NCBI RefSeq assembly: GCF_001194135.2
Contig: NC_068989.1
Coordinates: forward strand, 16,932,282-16,996,281
From: Octopus bimaculoides
Lineage: Eukaryota
DNA: 64,000 nt
Reading direction: 5' to 3'
The position numbers and the translations under genes are program-made. Below, piece by piece: positions 1 through 11,921 of the stretch (positions are counted from its first letter, which is position 1; every line of letters begins with the position of its first letter). The notes under the pieces are model-generated. The model was not told where the DNA came from and made no database searches. It worked only from the letters and a program-made list of their open reading frames with translations.

Positions 1-164
1 AACTGCTGGTCTTGTAAGGTTGGTAGGGTGTCTTTTTTGTGTATCAGGAGATACACTGTCCAATGTGTCCGTTCATTTTTCTTATTGTTTTTTTTTTTTT
101 AAAGCATTTGCTCATTACAAGGTCCTTAGATCACTGAAAACGTAAGAGCTACTAGAATAAAATG

Positions 165-335
165 GACACTAGACAGAAGTCAATAGGTGATGATGTACAT
201 TATACTTAAAAGACTGGAGGTCACATTGAAGAGGAAAAAAAAATCTGGGGAAGGGAATTCCAAAGTTCAGAGGTGCGAGGGAAGAAACTGGTACTGTAAA
301 GTGCTTTACGGCACTTAGGAGGTTGCACAGTATAT
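165..335 (-). mobile_element. CR1/L2-like LINE 3' remnant
   Basis: The minus strand carries a degenerate FPR-----WNSL-type C-terminal motif region. Confidence 0.35.
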
Positions 336-842
336 TGATGAGATTTGGTTACTATTTCTTGTGGCTTTAACGCTATGAAATGGATACTTTTTTTTCATAG
401 AACAACTTAATTGTGGACTAAACTCTTTTTCGTTTCATTTTGTTATGGAATATGACCTTGACCTCTTTAAATTCACTTTAATATTTTTATTACTTTCTTT
501 TTTACCATCTCATTTTATTCCATTTTAATAGCTCTTTTATTGTTAACACATTCAGTATATTTTATTGCCACCCTACTATCTTGTATTTCATTTAAATCTT
601 TTATCAATTATTTTATTGCTGTTTTTTTAATTTTCAATCTTAAATATGTGTGTGTGTGTGTATTAAGTTTACATGGCATTAATGCCATTTCCTCTTTCCC
701 TTAACTCTCCGCCAGTTGTGGTTTGTGGGTCCTGTTTGGGTTGATCTGGAGTAAAGGGAAATATATGTGTATTTCTTTATACATTAACCAATTAATCTAT
801 TTATTTATAATATGGACTGTCAAAAAACTTTACCAATGTCAG

Positions 843-2131
843 GTGCGGCTTGATTTAGTTTTGAACTACACTGGACCATCAGATTCCGATGCAAGCCAAG
901 GTAAGTGATAATGGTGATGGCAATAATGTAATACTGGAGGGGTGATGGTGTTATGGTAGTAGTATAGCAAAGGTTTTCTTTTGGTCTGGAGATACTGTGA
1001 TTGTTTCAATTTGTTGCTTAATGTACGATTTGATGGCATTTGTATACATTTTCACTGCTGTAAAATGATTCTACAGATCCATACATTTGCACAAATTATA
1101 CTACGTTCACAATGCCTTGAAATTAATCATGAAATGATATTTTTCATACATTTATCTTTTATCTTTTACTTGTTTCAGTCATTAGACTGTGACTAAGTCT
1201 TGAAGAATTCATTTTTTAGTTGAATGAATCAACCACAATACTTTTTTCTTTAGCCTGGTATTTATTCTATTAGTTGTTTTTGCTGGACTGCTAAGTTGCA
1301 GGAACATAAACACACCAACACCGGTTGTCAAGCAGTGGTGGGGCACACACAGACACAGACACACACACATATATATATATATATATCCAATTTCTCTCTA
1401 CCAAGTCCACTCACAAGGCTTTGGTCAGTCTGAGGTTATAGTAGAAGACTCTTGCCCAAGGTGCCATGCAGTGGGACTGAGCCCAGAACCATGTGGTTTG
1501 GAAGCAACTGTGCCTATGGCCATGCTTACCATAAGCCTCAGAATTTATTTCACCTCATGACACACAGATTTATGTTATTTTATAAATTTCATTAATTCAG
1601 TTTTTTGCCAATGCAAATTATCAGTTTCCTTAGACTCTAGTTAATAATAGAAGTGGTTGTCATTGTGAAATGTATAAGAATTATATATACTTAAGAATGG
1701 TCAATGTTATGATTCTCTATTTTTTGAATGCTCACAAATACCATATCCTACTGTTTTGTGACCATGCAAGCAAGCAATACTATTCCTATAACTTCTTACA
1801 ATGTCAAGTTATCTCTTTTGGCATATGATGATGAATGATGTCAAAAAGAAAACAAAAATAGGCATAACTAAAAATTTAATTGAGTGTAGGTTAAATAATA
1901 TCTGTAAGGTGTTTCTTTGGAGGAAATAGAAGTGAATCAAATAAAAAGCTGCTGTCTTCCTGAAAAATTCTTTATTATTTTTTTTTATTTTTCTTTTGTA
2001 AATTTCCAATGAAGAAATACAAATTGAGTCTGAGAAGGAGGAAAAAGAAAAATCTGAGTCTGAAGAATCTCAAGAAGAAATAATTATAAATGCTGAGAAA
2101 GAAGTAGAGATGCCCCCTGAATCTGTAAAAG
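843..2131 (+). CDS. CFAP119: CFAP119/CCDC189-like paralog A, 3' part only: exons 843-900 and 2015-2131. The 5' exons lie upstream of the window and the terminal exon is unresolved.
   Basis: Exon 843-900 (ag|GTG...CAAG|gtaagt) reads VRLDLVLNYTGPSDSDASQ and matches the same 58-nt exon in copies B and C and the QVRLDL motif of CFAP119. Exon 2015-2131 (117 nt, phase 1-1) reads EIQIESEKEEKEKSESEESQEE...PPESVK and starts like the exon 8 of copy C (EIQVDS). Confidence 0.8.
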
Positions 2132-2154
2132 GTTAGTTAGCAGATACCTTAAAT

Positions 2155-2715
2155 CATCATCATCATCGTTTAACGTCCGCTTTCCATGCTAGCATGGGTT
2201 GGACGATTTGACTGAGGACTGGTGAAACCGGATGGCAACACCAGGCTCCAATCTGATTTGGCAGAGTTTCTACAGCTGGATGCCCTTCCTAACACCAACC
2301 ACTCAGAGAGTGTAGAGGGTGCTTTTACGTGTCACCTGTACGAAGGCCAGTCAGGCGGTACTGGCAACGGCCACGCTCAAAATGGTGTATTTTATGTGCT
2401 ACTCGCACAAGAGCCAGTCCAGGGGCACTGGCAACGATCTCGCTCGAAAATCCTACGAAGGCCAGTCAGGCGGTACTGGCAACGGCCACGCTCAAAATGG
2501 TGTATTTTATGTGCCACTCGCACAAGAGCCAGTCCAGGGGCACTGGCAACGATCTCACTCGAAAATCCTACGAAGGCCAGTCAGGCGGTACTGGCAACGG
2601 CCATGCTCAAAATGGTGTATTTTATATGCCACTCACACAAGAGCCAGTCCAGGGGCACTGGCAACGATCTCACTCGAAAATCCTACGAAGGCCAGTCAGG
2701 CGGTACTGGCAACAG
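2155..2715. repeat. SINE family with (CAT)n-cgtttaacgtccgc end; this copy has an internal 115-bp unit tandemly repeated about 3.3 times. Other copies at about 4330-4535, 15370-15690, 19020-19270, 28045-28245, 31325-31515, 41090-41370, 48370-48750, 62040-62212.
   Basis: Near-identical copies throughout the window. The tandem unit starts at 2341, 2456, 2571 and 2686. Confidence 0.9.
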
Positions 2716-4746
2716 ATAAAGATAATAAATTTTCTAGGTTATTAACCTTATATCATCACAAATATGTATGATGTTTATACCTACTCTACATGTTCATTGG
2801 TTTAATTTCTGATGATCATCAGGTGTCTTATTCTTAATATACATTCAAGGTCCAAACTATGTTTGCACTGTAATAGGTACATTTTTATCCACTAAGCTAC
2901 AACTATAACTTTATCAGCTGAAGCATCATTATCATCATAACATGGTATTATAGATGAAAATTCATGAAGAGACAGTCTAACTATTTTTTCTGCTTGTTCT
3001 TTTAAACCACATGTGGCTCTGCTACTATGTAGTACTCCTTATTCATATTGTTTCTTCATTGATAACCTTATATTGCTGAAGGAGTTTAAAGTGATTATAA
3101 TTTGAGTTCCAACCTTTTATGGTAATTTGTGGTAACATTTAGTGCATCTGCATCTATCCGTCCCTTTATCTATCTTACATTTTATCTATCCACCTGCATG
3201 CATGCATGTATGTATGTATGTATGTACGTGCATGCATACATACACACACCAGACATGTACATACGTACGTATGTACATACATACATACATTGTTGTTGTT
3301 GGCACTCTGTCGCTTACTACGTCAAGGGTTCCAGTTGATCCGATCAACAGAACAGCCTGCTCGTGAAATTAATGTGCAAGTGACTGAACACTCCACAGAC
3401 ACGTGTACCCTTAACGTAGTTCTTGGGGATGTTCAGCGTGACACAGTGTGACAAGGCTGACCCTTTGAATTACAGGCACAACAGAAACAGGAAGTAAGAG
3501 TGAGAGAAAGCTGTGGTGAAAGAGTACAGCAGGGTTCACCACCATCCCCTGCTGGAACCTCGTGGAGCTTTTTAGGAGTTTTCGCTCAATAAACACTCAC
3601 AACGCCCGGTCTGGGAATTGAAACCGCGATCTTATGACCGCGAGTCCACTGCCCTAACCAATGTGCCATTGCGCCTCCACACATACATACATACATATGT
3701 ATCATGGATAGAAGTCTAATCAAAGCATGTTTCTGTTTTCCCCAGCTAGAAAGGAAAGAATATAAGGTGTTAGCAAATTTTGTGTGCAAGGGATGCATGA
3801 GGAAAATTCATCTTCATAGTATTCAGTCCTATTAAGTAAGAGTACTTAAAGTGAGAAGGGAGACAGAAATTGTCCAAATAAATTCATAGAGTTCTCGAGA
3901 AGGTCAATGCTTGCTGGAAAGCTTACAGTGTTTCAGCTTGACAACCTTTCAATGTAGTTCATATTACTAGAATCCATTCAGTCCATTCAGATAATACCTA
4001 AAAGACAACAGAATTCAACTTTTTTTTACTTGCCTTCTTTCCTCATCCAGTCTATATTCTCCCTTGTACCTTGTGAGTATACTGTAGCATCCTGTCACCA
4101 GCACCTTTATCTTCCTTCCAGTGACTCTCATTCACCCTTGCATAATGTAGGGGAAGCCATGTATCTCCTTTATAGTAAGACGCCTACACTTTTCCTTCTA
4201 TCATATTTTAGCCTTGAACATCTTGCATAAAGCAGCCATCTATCCCTCTCTCAAATACATGCCCACTCAGATGAGCAAGTTTTTTTCATTCCCATTCTTT
4301 ATTTTGTCTTATAAGTTATTTGGTGATCTCAGTAGTGCCAGTGTCATGAAAAAAAAAAAAATAGCACCCAGTACATACTGTAAAGTGGTTGGCGTTAGGA
4401 AAGGAATCCAGCCATAGAACCCATGCCAAAGCTGACATTGGGGTCTGCTGCAGTGCAATGGCATGTCAGAGCCTGTCAAACCATCCAACCCATGACAGCA
4501 TGGAAAATAGACATTAAATGATGATGATGATGATGAAATTTGAGAGAAAATAAAGGTTTGAATCAGTATGTATAGACATCTTTTAGAATATAGAGACATG
4601 AACTTCTTTGATGTTGGCTGAGATAGCAAATGATTCTATAAGTTGTAATTATTTAACTAATCAGAACCAGTTTTAATCATGATGCTCACTGGGTTCTGAC
4701 TCTGAATGCATGCTAGTGATAATATATATATATATATATATATATA

Positions 4747-5537
4747 NNNNNNNNNNNNNNNNNNNNNNNNNNNNNNNNNNNNNNNNNNNNNNNNNNNNNN
4801 NNNNNNNNNNNNNNNNNNNNNNNNNNNNNNNNNNNNNNNNNNNNNNNNNNNNNNNNNNNNNNNNNNNNNNNNNNNNNNNNNNNNNNNNNNNNNNNNNNNN
4901 NNNNNNNNNNNNNNNNNNNNNNNNNNNNNNNNNNNNNNNNNNNNNNNNNNNNNNNNNNNNNNNNNNNNNNNNNNNNNNNNNNNNNNNNNNNNNNNNNNNN
5001 NNNNNNNNNNNNNNNNNNNNNNNNNNNNNNNNNNNNNNNNNNNNNNNNNNNNNNNNNNNNNNNNNNNNNNNNNNNNNNNNNNNNNNNNNNNNNNNNNNNN
5101 NNNNNNNNNNNNNNNNNNNNNNNNNNNNNNNNNNNNNNNNNNNNNNNNNNNNNNNNNNNNNNNNNNNNNNNNNNNNNNNNNNNNNNNNNNNNNNNNNNNN
5201 NNNNNNNNNNNNNNNNNNNNNNNNNNNNNNNNNNNNNNNNNNNNNNNNNNNNNNNNNNNNNNNNNNNNNNNNNNNNNNNNNNNNNNNNNNNNNNNNNNNN
5301 NNNNNNNNNNNNNNNNNNNNNNNNNNNNNNNNNNNNNNNNNNNNNNNNNNNNNNNNNNNNNNNNNNNNNNNNNNNNNNNNNNNNNNNNNNNNNNNNNNNN
5401 NNNNNNNNNNNNNNNNNNNNNNNNNNNNNNNNNNNNNNNNNNNNNNNNNNNNNNNNNNNNNNNNNNNNNNNNNNNNNNNNNNNNNNNNNNNNNNNNNNNN
5501 NNNNNNNNNNNNNNNNNNNNNNNNNNNNNNNNNNNNN
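4747..5537. other. Assembly gap. Other gaps: 18103-19018, 20341-20546, 25120-25318, 27134-27228, 28743-28959, 32969-33014, 59136-59145, 60679-61147, 62213-62889.
   Basis: Runs of N. Confidence 0.99.
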
Positions 5538-6244
5538 ATAACCAGACATTGAAATATATTACAAGGTAATAGGCTTTTTGTTTATAATAATAATAATTAT
5601 AACGGTTTCAAATTTTGGCACAAGGCCAGTAATTTTGGGGAAAGGGTGAGTCAATTACCCCCCCCCCCGTGCTCAACTGGTACTCACTTTATTGAGCCCC
5701 AGAAAGAAGAAAGGTAAAGTTGACTTTGGTAGAATTTGAACTCAGAATGTAAAGACAGATGAAATGCTGCTATGCATTTCGCCCAGCATACTAACAATAA
5801 TAATAATAATAATAATCCATTCTACTAAAGGCACAAAGTCTGAAATTTCGGTGGAGGGGACTAGTCAATTACATTGACCCCCAGTGTTTTACTGGTATCT
5901 AATTTATTGACTCTGAAAGGATGAAAGGCAAAGTTGACCTTAGCGGAATTTGAACTCAAAATGTGAAGATGGATGAAATACCACAAACCATTTTGCCCAG
6001 CATACTAACAGTTCTGCCAGCTTGCTGGTCTACTCAACCTGAAGAAAATTCTAACTGGGTCCCACCGCAAGGCTATGTGCTGTTTATCTTGATATGAGAT
6101 CACCATGTTGCACACATATAGTTGTGATACGCGTGCCTGGTGTACCCTTATCAGACAAGTATTCATGGTGGGTATATTGGGTTTCATTTGTACCCCATTG
6201 TCACTTTGATGGCATGCATTGCTCTCTCATTCAATAATACAATA

Positions 6245-6632
6245 CTCTTTTACTCTTTTACTTGTTTCAGTCATTTGACTGTGGCCATACTGGAGCACCG
6301 CCTTTAGTCGAGCAAGTCGACCCCAGAACTTATTCTTTGTAAGCCTAGTACTTATTCTATCGGTCTCTTTTGCCGAACCGCTAAGTTACGGGGACATAAA
6401 CACACCAGCATCGGTTGTCAAGCGATGTTGGGGGGACAAACACAGACACACAAACATATACACACACTTACATATATACAACGGGCTTCTTTCAGTTTCC
6501 GTCTACCAAATCCACTTACAAGGCTTTGGGTGGCCCGAGGCTATAGTAGAAGACACTTGCCCAAGGTGCCACGCAGTGGGACTAAACCCGGAACCATGTG
6601 GGTCATAAGCAAGCTACTTACCACACAGCCAC
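6245..6632 (-). repeat. tRNA-derived SINE (head ggctgtgtggtaagtagcttgc). Other copies at about 1160-1515, 28586-29205, 33380-33772, 40208-40590, 47945-48110, 58095-58205.
   Basis: A/B-box-like head, central cttgggcaagtgtcttctactatagc block, and gtttcagtcatttgactg tail. Confidence 0.88.
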
Positions 6633-6633
6633 G

Positions 6634-6665
<32 letters not shown>

Positions 6666-7749
6666 CCTTTTTACTAAAGGCACAAGGCTTGAAATTTTGG
6701 GGAAGGGGACCAGTCGATTACATCGACCCCAGTGTTTCACTGGTGCTTAATTTATTGATTACGAAAGGATGAAAAGCAAAGTTGGCCTTGGCAGAATAAT
6801 AATAATAATAATAATGACAGACTTTTCTTTATTAGCTGCAAGGGCTTGATAAGATACAAAAAATATAAAACTTTTACTTGAGGTTACAAAGTAAGTATAA
6901 AGTGAACTATAAAAACAAAAACAGTTACAAATTATGAAAGGGGAGTATGAGACATTGTACAATATATGGTAGGATATTTTAAGAATTTTAGAACTTAAAA
7001 GTACACACACACACACACACGTGCATATACATATAAATACACATATGCACAAATATATGAATACATGTACACATGTGTGCATATATATACATATTTACAT
7101 AGAAAAAAATTAAAAGTGTACAATTAAAACAGAATAATTAAAACAAAGTATAATTAACAAAAATAAGCAATGAATGACTTTTTGGTTAGGTTGAATTGGG
7201 TACTCTATGATCCCGTTCACTTAAACACATTTCAGATTCTATTTGAGTGCAAACAAATGTATCACTAAGCATTTTTTTGTTTTTTTATATATATTTTGAT
7301 ACTGAAAAGCATCAGCATCTTGATGCTATTTTTGTAAAAGTTTGATATGATGTTTTTATTTTCTCTTTTGCATGATGTTTATATTCTCAACTTAACAGTT
7401 CTTGTGTCATTCCAACCCCTTCAGAAAGTCTGTAACTTCAGAATGTAAAAAAAAATGTTAAATATTAATTACTTTTGTCTTCTACATTTTCTTTGTTATT
7501 TTGCAGAGGAATGATTTTGCTGTCTTTAAAAAAAAAAAATTGTTTCTCATAAACATAGAACAAAGAAAATAGATTAGACTGTTTTGTGCCTTTTTTGTGA
7601 TTTTTTCATCTATTCACTTTCATATTTTCTTACTACAGGTTGATACTGTTAGATGACAGGGTATTTTCCTCATCTATTTGTTATGCTGGGCTAAAAGATA
7701 TTTGCTTTGCTATTCCCAGAATTTTGAATGGTGGTGCTTTGGAAACTGG

Positions 7750-8060
7750 GGTTTGTAGTTCTTTTGTTGTTGAGTTTCGTTATTTTCATTTTTTGTGTGT
7801 TTTTGTTTATTCCTCCCTATTCTTTGGGACATTCAGCTCTAATGTGTGTTTTACACTGAGAAATATAGCAACTGTGTTTTCTTAACTATATCATTAATCT
7901 TGTTGCCTTCTATTAGGCACAATTTCTGTATATCCCTGTGGCCTTCTGGGATCATTACAATGTACAAGTTCATTTTGACATCCACTGACCACAGGGTATT
8001 GGATTACCTTTCATCATCTTTAGATAAGTCTGCATTGATCATTCTCCTATACAGCTACAC
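7750..8060 (-). mobile_element. Possible degenerate L1/Tx1-type ORF1 (zinc knuckle) remnant
   Basis: Minus-strand LIEGNKINDIVK followed, after a frameshift, by CYISQCKTHIRAECP (CCHC-like). Confidence 0.3.
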
Positions 8061-9793
8061 AAAAGTCACTACTAACTATGGGTCATATCTAATATCTCTT
8101 ATTGTCACTCTCATGTCAGATTGACTCATGTACTGTAGCACAAATGTATAGTCAAAGATATATATGACAATTTTAGCCAGTGTTTTAGCTGCATTTTCAG
8201 TTTTAAAGGTACAACAAATAGTGCCATAACTTCTGCTTTCTCAATCAAGATAGCTTCTCCCAATATGTCTTTGGGGGACTGTTGTACTAATTGATATGTG
8301 GAGAATTTTCATCTGCTTGTGTCTTTTCATAAGTAGTAATATATAATTTTCTCTCTTTGCCTCTCCTGGATTATATCATGTGGCGAAAAAGGCTGTTTTG
8401 TTTTACAAAACTCCTCCATTTACATATTTTTTTTGTAATTGTGATGTAAACATTTTGTCTACTCATTTAGTGTTGAGAGAAAATTTGTTTCCACACAGCT
8501 GCAATATGAATGGACTATAATGTTTGAATTTGTTTAAGAGTTGCCAATGTTGTTGTTACTGTTGCTACGTTCCAAATAACTTATTTGAGTAATTGGGACA
8601 TTTTTTTCATTCTTTGCGCTACTGTACATTTTTTCTTGCTTTTGTACACTTACTTGTATGTTTTGATTTTGTGTTGCTTTTTTTGTCATGTGACATAACT
8701 ATGTATGGTAGCCGTTTTGGATTTGAAAATGTAATGTATGTAAATAAAATTCTAAAAGTTTGTGAGGAAATGCTCTTTTCTTTCTGAGATCACAATGCAC
8801 TGCAGAAGACTGGAAGATTTTAAGAATTGGTAAGTGTGTGCAAAGTGGGTACCTTGGTAGTTGACTCTTGATTTGGAGAAGAGAAGAGTGGAAGCCTGCT
8901 TTGATCTACTGGAAACATTTGAAACCAACACAGGGGACTAAACATAATCCCATACATGGCTAGCCAACTTAGCAGCCTTATTTTTATGAATGTGTCAGGA
9001 AGAAGACTGGTGGTTTGCATAACAACTTTTAAAATTGCCTTGGCATAAACCTGTGTAATTTTTCTTCTCAATTATGTATCAATTAAGCTCTTTTGTTGCT
9101 TTTTGCAGCCTTTTCAATGATTTTTCTCTTAGCAACTGGTTTAAAAAATTTTCCTCAGATTTCTTGGTTTTCAACAACAGAGATTGCAACTTTTCACAAA
9201 AAGCACTCTTTCAAAATTTTAATTCCTACCCAAACTCAATTTCTTCATTTTTAAAATTTTATTTATTTATTTATTTATTTTTTGAAATCCTCATGATAAA
9301 ATACAGAAATTATGATTCTGAAAATAATTTTTTTTTAAATTTCAGTTTTTTAAAATTTCCCACAATCTTGGCTTTCTGAACATCCACCCACTCCTCTTCA
9401 TAACCATCCCAATATTCCAGATGTCTTTAAGAAATCATAGCTGTAGATGTCTACATGGTAATTTATGTGGACATAAGACTCATGCACAGAGGTGCATGTA
9501 CACATAAACATACATATTTATAAATACTAACAGACTTATTTAAAGAACTTGTACTAATGTAAACAATGAAACAGTAATGCTGGGAGCTGGCAGAGAAAGA
9601 GACACAGTCTGATATAAATGGAAGATTTTACAATGAAAATTAGTGTATTGCTTCACTTAATGGAAAAACAAGACACTGTGACATATATAAATAGATAGGT
9701 AGTGTTCTCACTATATTAATTAACAAGTTCTGATTAGAAACATGGGAATTTCAAGTGCAGGTCTGTGAAAACAACACAATACAAACTTTATAA

Positions 9794-9844
<51 letters not shown>

Positions 9845-10344
9845 TTTTCTGTTTTGGTAGTGTGTGTGTTTCCATTTCTTTCAACATATAGACAATACAA
9901 CACAGACTTTCAAAAAAGACTTTCACTTTGAGCAATTTGTGAAGGTACGTGCATGACTAGCAAAAGTTTTTACTAGCGGCGAGAAAGAGAGAGAGAGAGA
10001 GACAGACAGACAGAGACAGACAGACTGACAAATAGGTTGACAAATCTTTCAAAAGAAACAGCTTATTGGGAAAAAAATAAGAATCTCTATTTTTTCCATC
10101 TGTTCTGTTTGTCTGTCTCCCTCTTTGTCTTTCTTTATATAATGACACAGGTATGTACTCACACACACAGGCATATTCTAACAACAGGACAATATTAAAT
10201 GACTCTCTCTCAGCATGTATGAATGTATGTATAGAAAGATATAAATTTCTCAGTATGATCGTTAAAGGCATTTAATTAAATTATAAAGCTGACACTTTCA
10301 AAAATAAGAAATTCTTATTTTCAGTAGTTGTATCTTAATAAGAG

Positions 10345-10650
10345 TGAAGGTACATGGCTCAGTCGTTAGAGAGTCAGGCTCATGATTCCCAGACTGGGCT
10401 GTGTACTGTGTTCTTGAGCAAGACATTTTATTTCACATTGCTCCAGTTCACACAGCTGTAGAAATGAGTTGCGACATCACTGGTTGCCTTTCCCCTGGAT
10501 AACATTGGTGGTGTGGAGAGGAGAGGCTGGTATGCATGGGCGACTGTTGGTCTTCCATAAACAACCTTGCCCGGACTTGTGCCTCGGAGGGTATCTTTTT
10601 AGGTGCAATCCCATGGTCATTCATGATTGAAGGGGTTTTTTACCCTACCA
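10345..10650 (+). repeat. tRNA/CORE-like SINE (head atggctcagtggttagag). Other copies at about 17757-17940, 48775-48930, 61890-62035.
   Basis: tRNA-like head followed by cttgagcaagacactttatttcac...gctccagttcactcagctg. Confidence 0.8.
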
Positions 10651-11381
10651 TTTACCTTCATAAGTTAACTTAATTTTTTTAATGATCCTGTTGAGAAATA
10701 TTCACTTGTGTACAAACATACGCACATACATACATACATGCATACAACCATACAGTCAGATAATATTGCTGTCGCATATGTATACATGTACCTGTGTGTG
10801 TGTAAACACGTCATACATACAAATAGAAAGAGAGAGGGGGAGAGAGGGAGAAAGAGATAAACAGAAAGATGCTGGCAAAATAGAGATAGATATTTTTGTT
10901 CTAATGTCTTTAGTGATAGTGTTGAGAGATATAGGTATGTGTCTGCATAAATTCATATATACATTCATACAAAGTGAGGGAGAGAGACCAAGAGAGAGAA
11001 AACAGAGTGAGAGAGAGAGATGGAGAAAGAGAGAGAGAGAAAGAGCAAGAGAGTGGGGGAGTTGTGAACTAAACCAGAAGTTATGTTACGGACAGAGTTC
11101 GCAAAAATTATAATAATAATTACTTTTTACCTTTGTATATATCTATATAGAACTTCATACACATGCTTTCGAGTTTATGCACTGTACTGAAGAACTGAGC
11201 CCCACTTCCATCAATACGTTATTAGATCATATTAATGGGCCGTTAAGCCTTCTGAGTCCTGGTGCTGCAGTTCCTGTAGCACCCACTTTAAGATAGTACT
11301 CAGCATGGCATATAGTATCTCTTAGTAATCTAAAACTTGTGGAGTCCATCCTTTTCCAGGTGTAACAGCAGTCAATTTTTT

Positions 11382-11426
<45 letters not shown>

Positions 11427-11921
11427 GATATATGATGGTATCAAAAATATGTAAAATCTAAGGAATGTAAGTTCAATACATGGTTTGCATAAATAATGGA
11501 AACTGATTTAACCAAAGATTCAAAAGTTGATGACTCGGGGGAAAACATGAATTCATAAATTCCTAGTAATGATATTTAACATGAAGTTAGTATCAGTATA
11601 ATAAATCATTTTATTATTGATATATTCATCATGAAACTAAGCATAAAAAATGTAAATTTATTTTATTTCTTTCTGTTACATTATATATTCTGACTTCAAA
11701 TTCCATCAGAGTCAATTTTGTATTTCATCTTTCTAGGGTTGATAAACTAAGTTCACATCATTCATTGATGTTGGCGAATACCATGGAACAGAAGCTAAAT
11801 TTCTCAGAAACTGAATTTCCATTCTTTGTTCTCACTATTTCTCTTATCATTTTATATAATTAATTGCAGTAAAAAATAAATGTTGTCTTGTTGTATGAGT
11901 ATATTTCTGTGTTTGGTCTTG

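Noticed and set aside
2341-2715. Regular repeats (115 bp here, 40 bp at 61149) as a possible CRISPR array
   Set aside because: These are head-to-tail tandem units without unique spacers, in a eukaryotic context.
2222-2771. Recurrent ORFs such as MKPDGNTRLQSDLAEFLQLDALP and the 138-165 aa repeat ORFs
   Set aside because: They are translations of a SINE family and its tandem module, open in several frames, with no protein signal.
4706-5569. Long ORFs in the track spanning N-runs (also 17987-19186, 60565-61204, 62117-63158 and others)
   Set aside because: They are artefacts of translating gaps as X.
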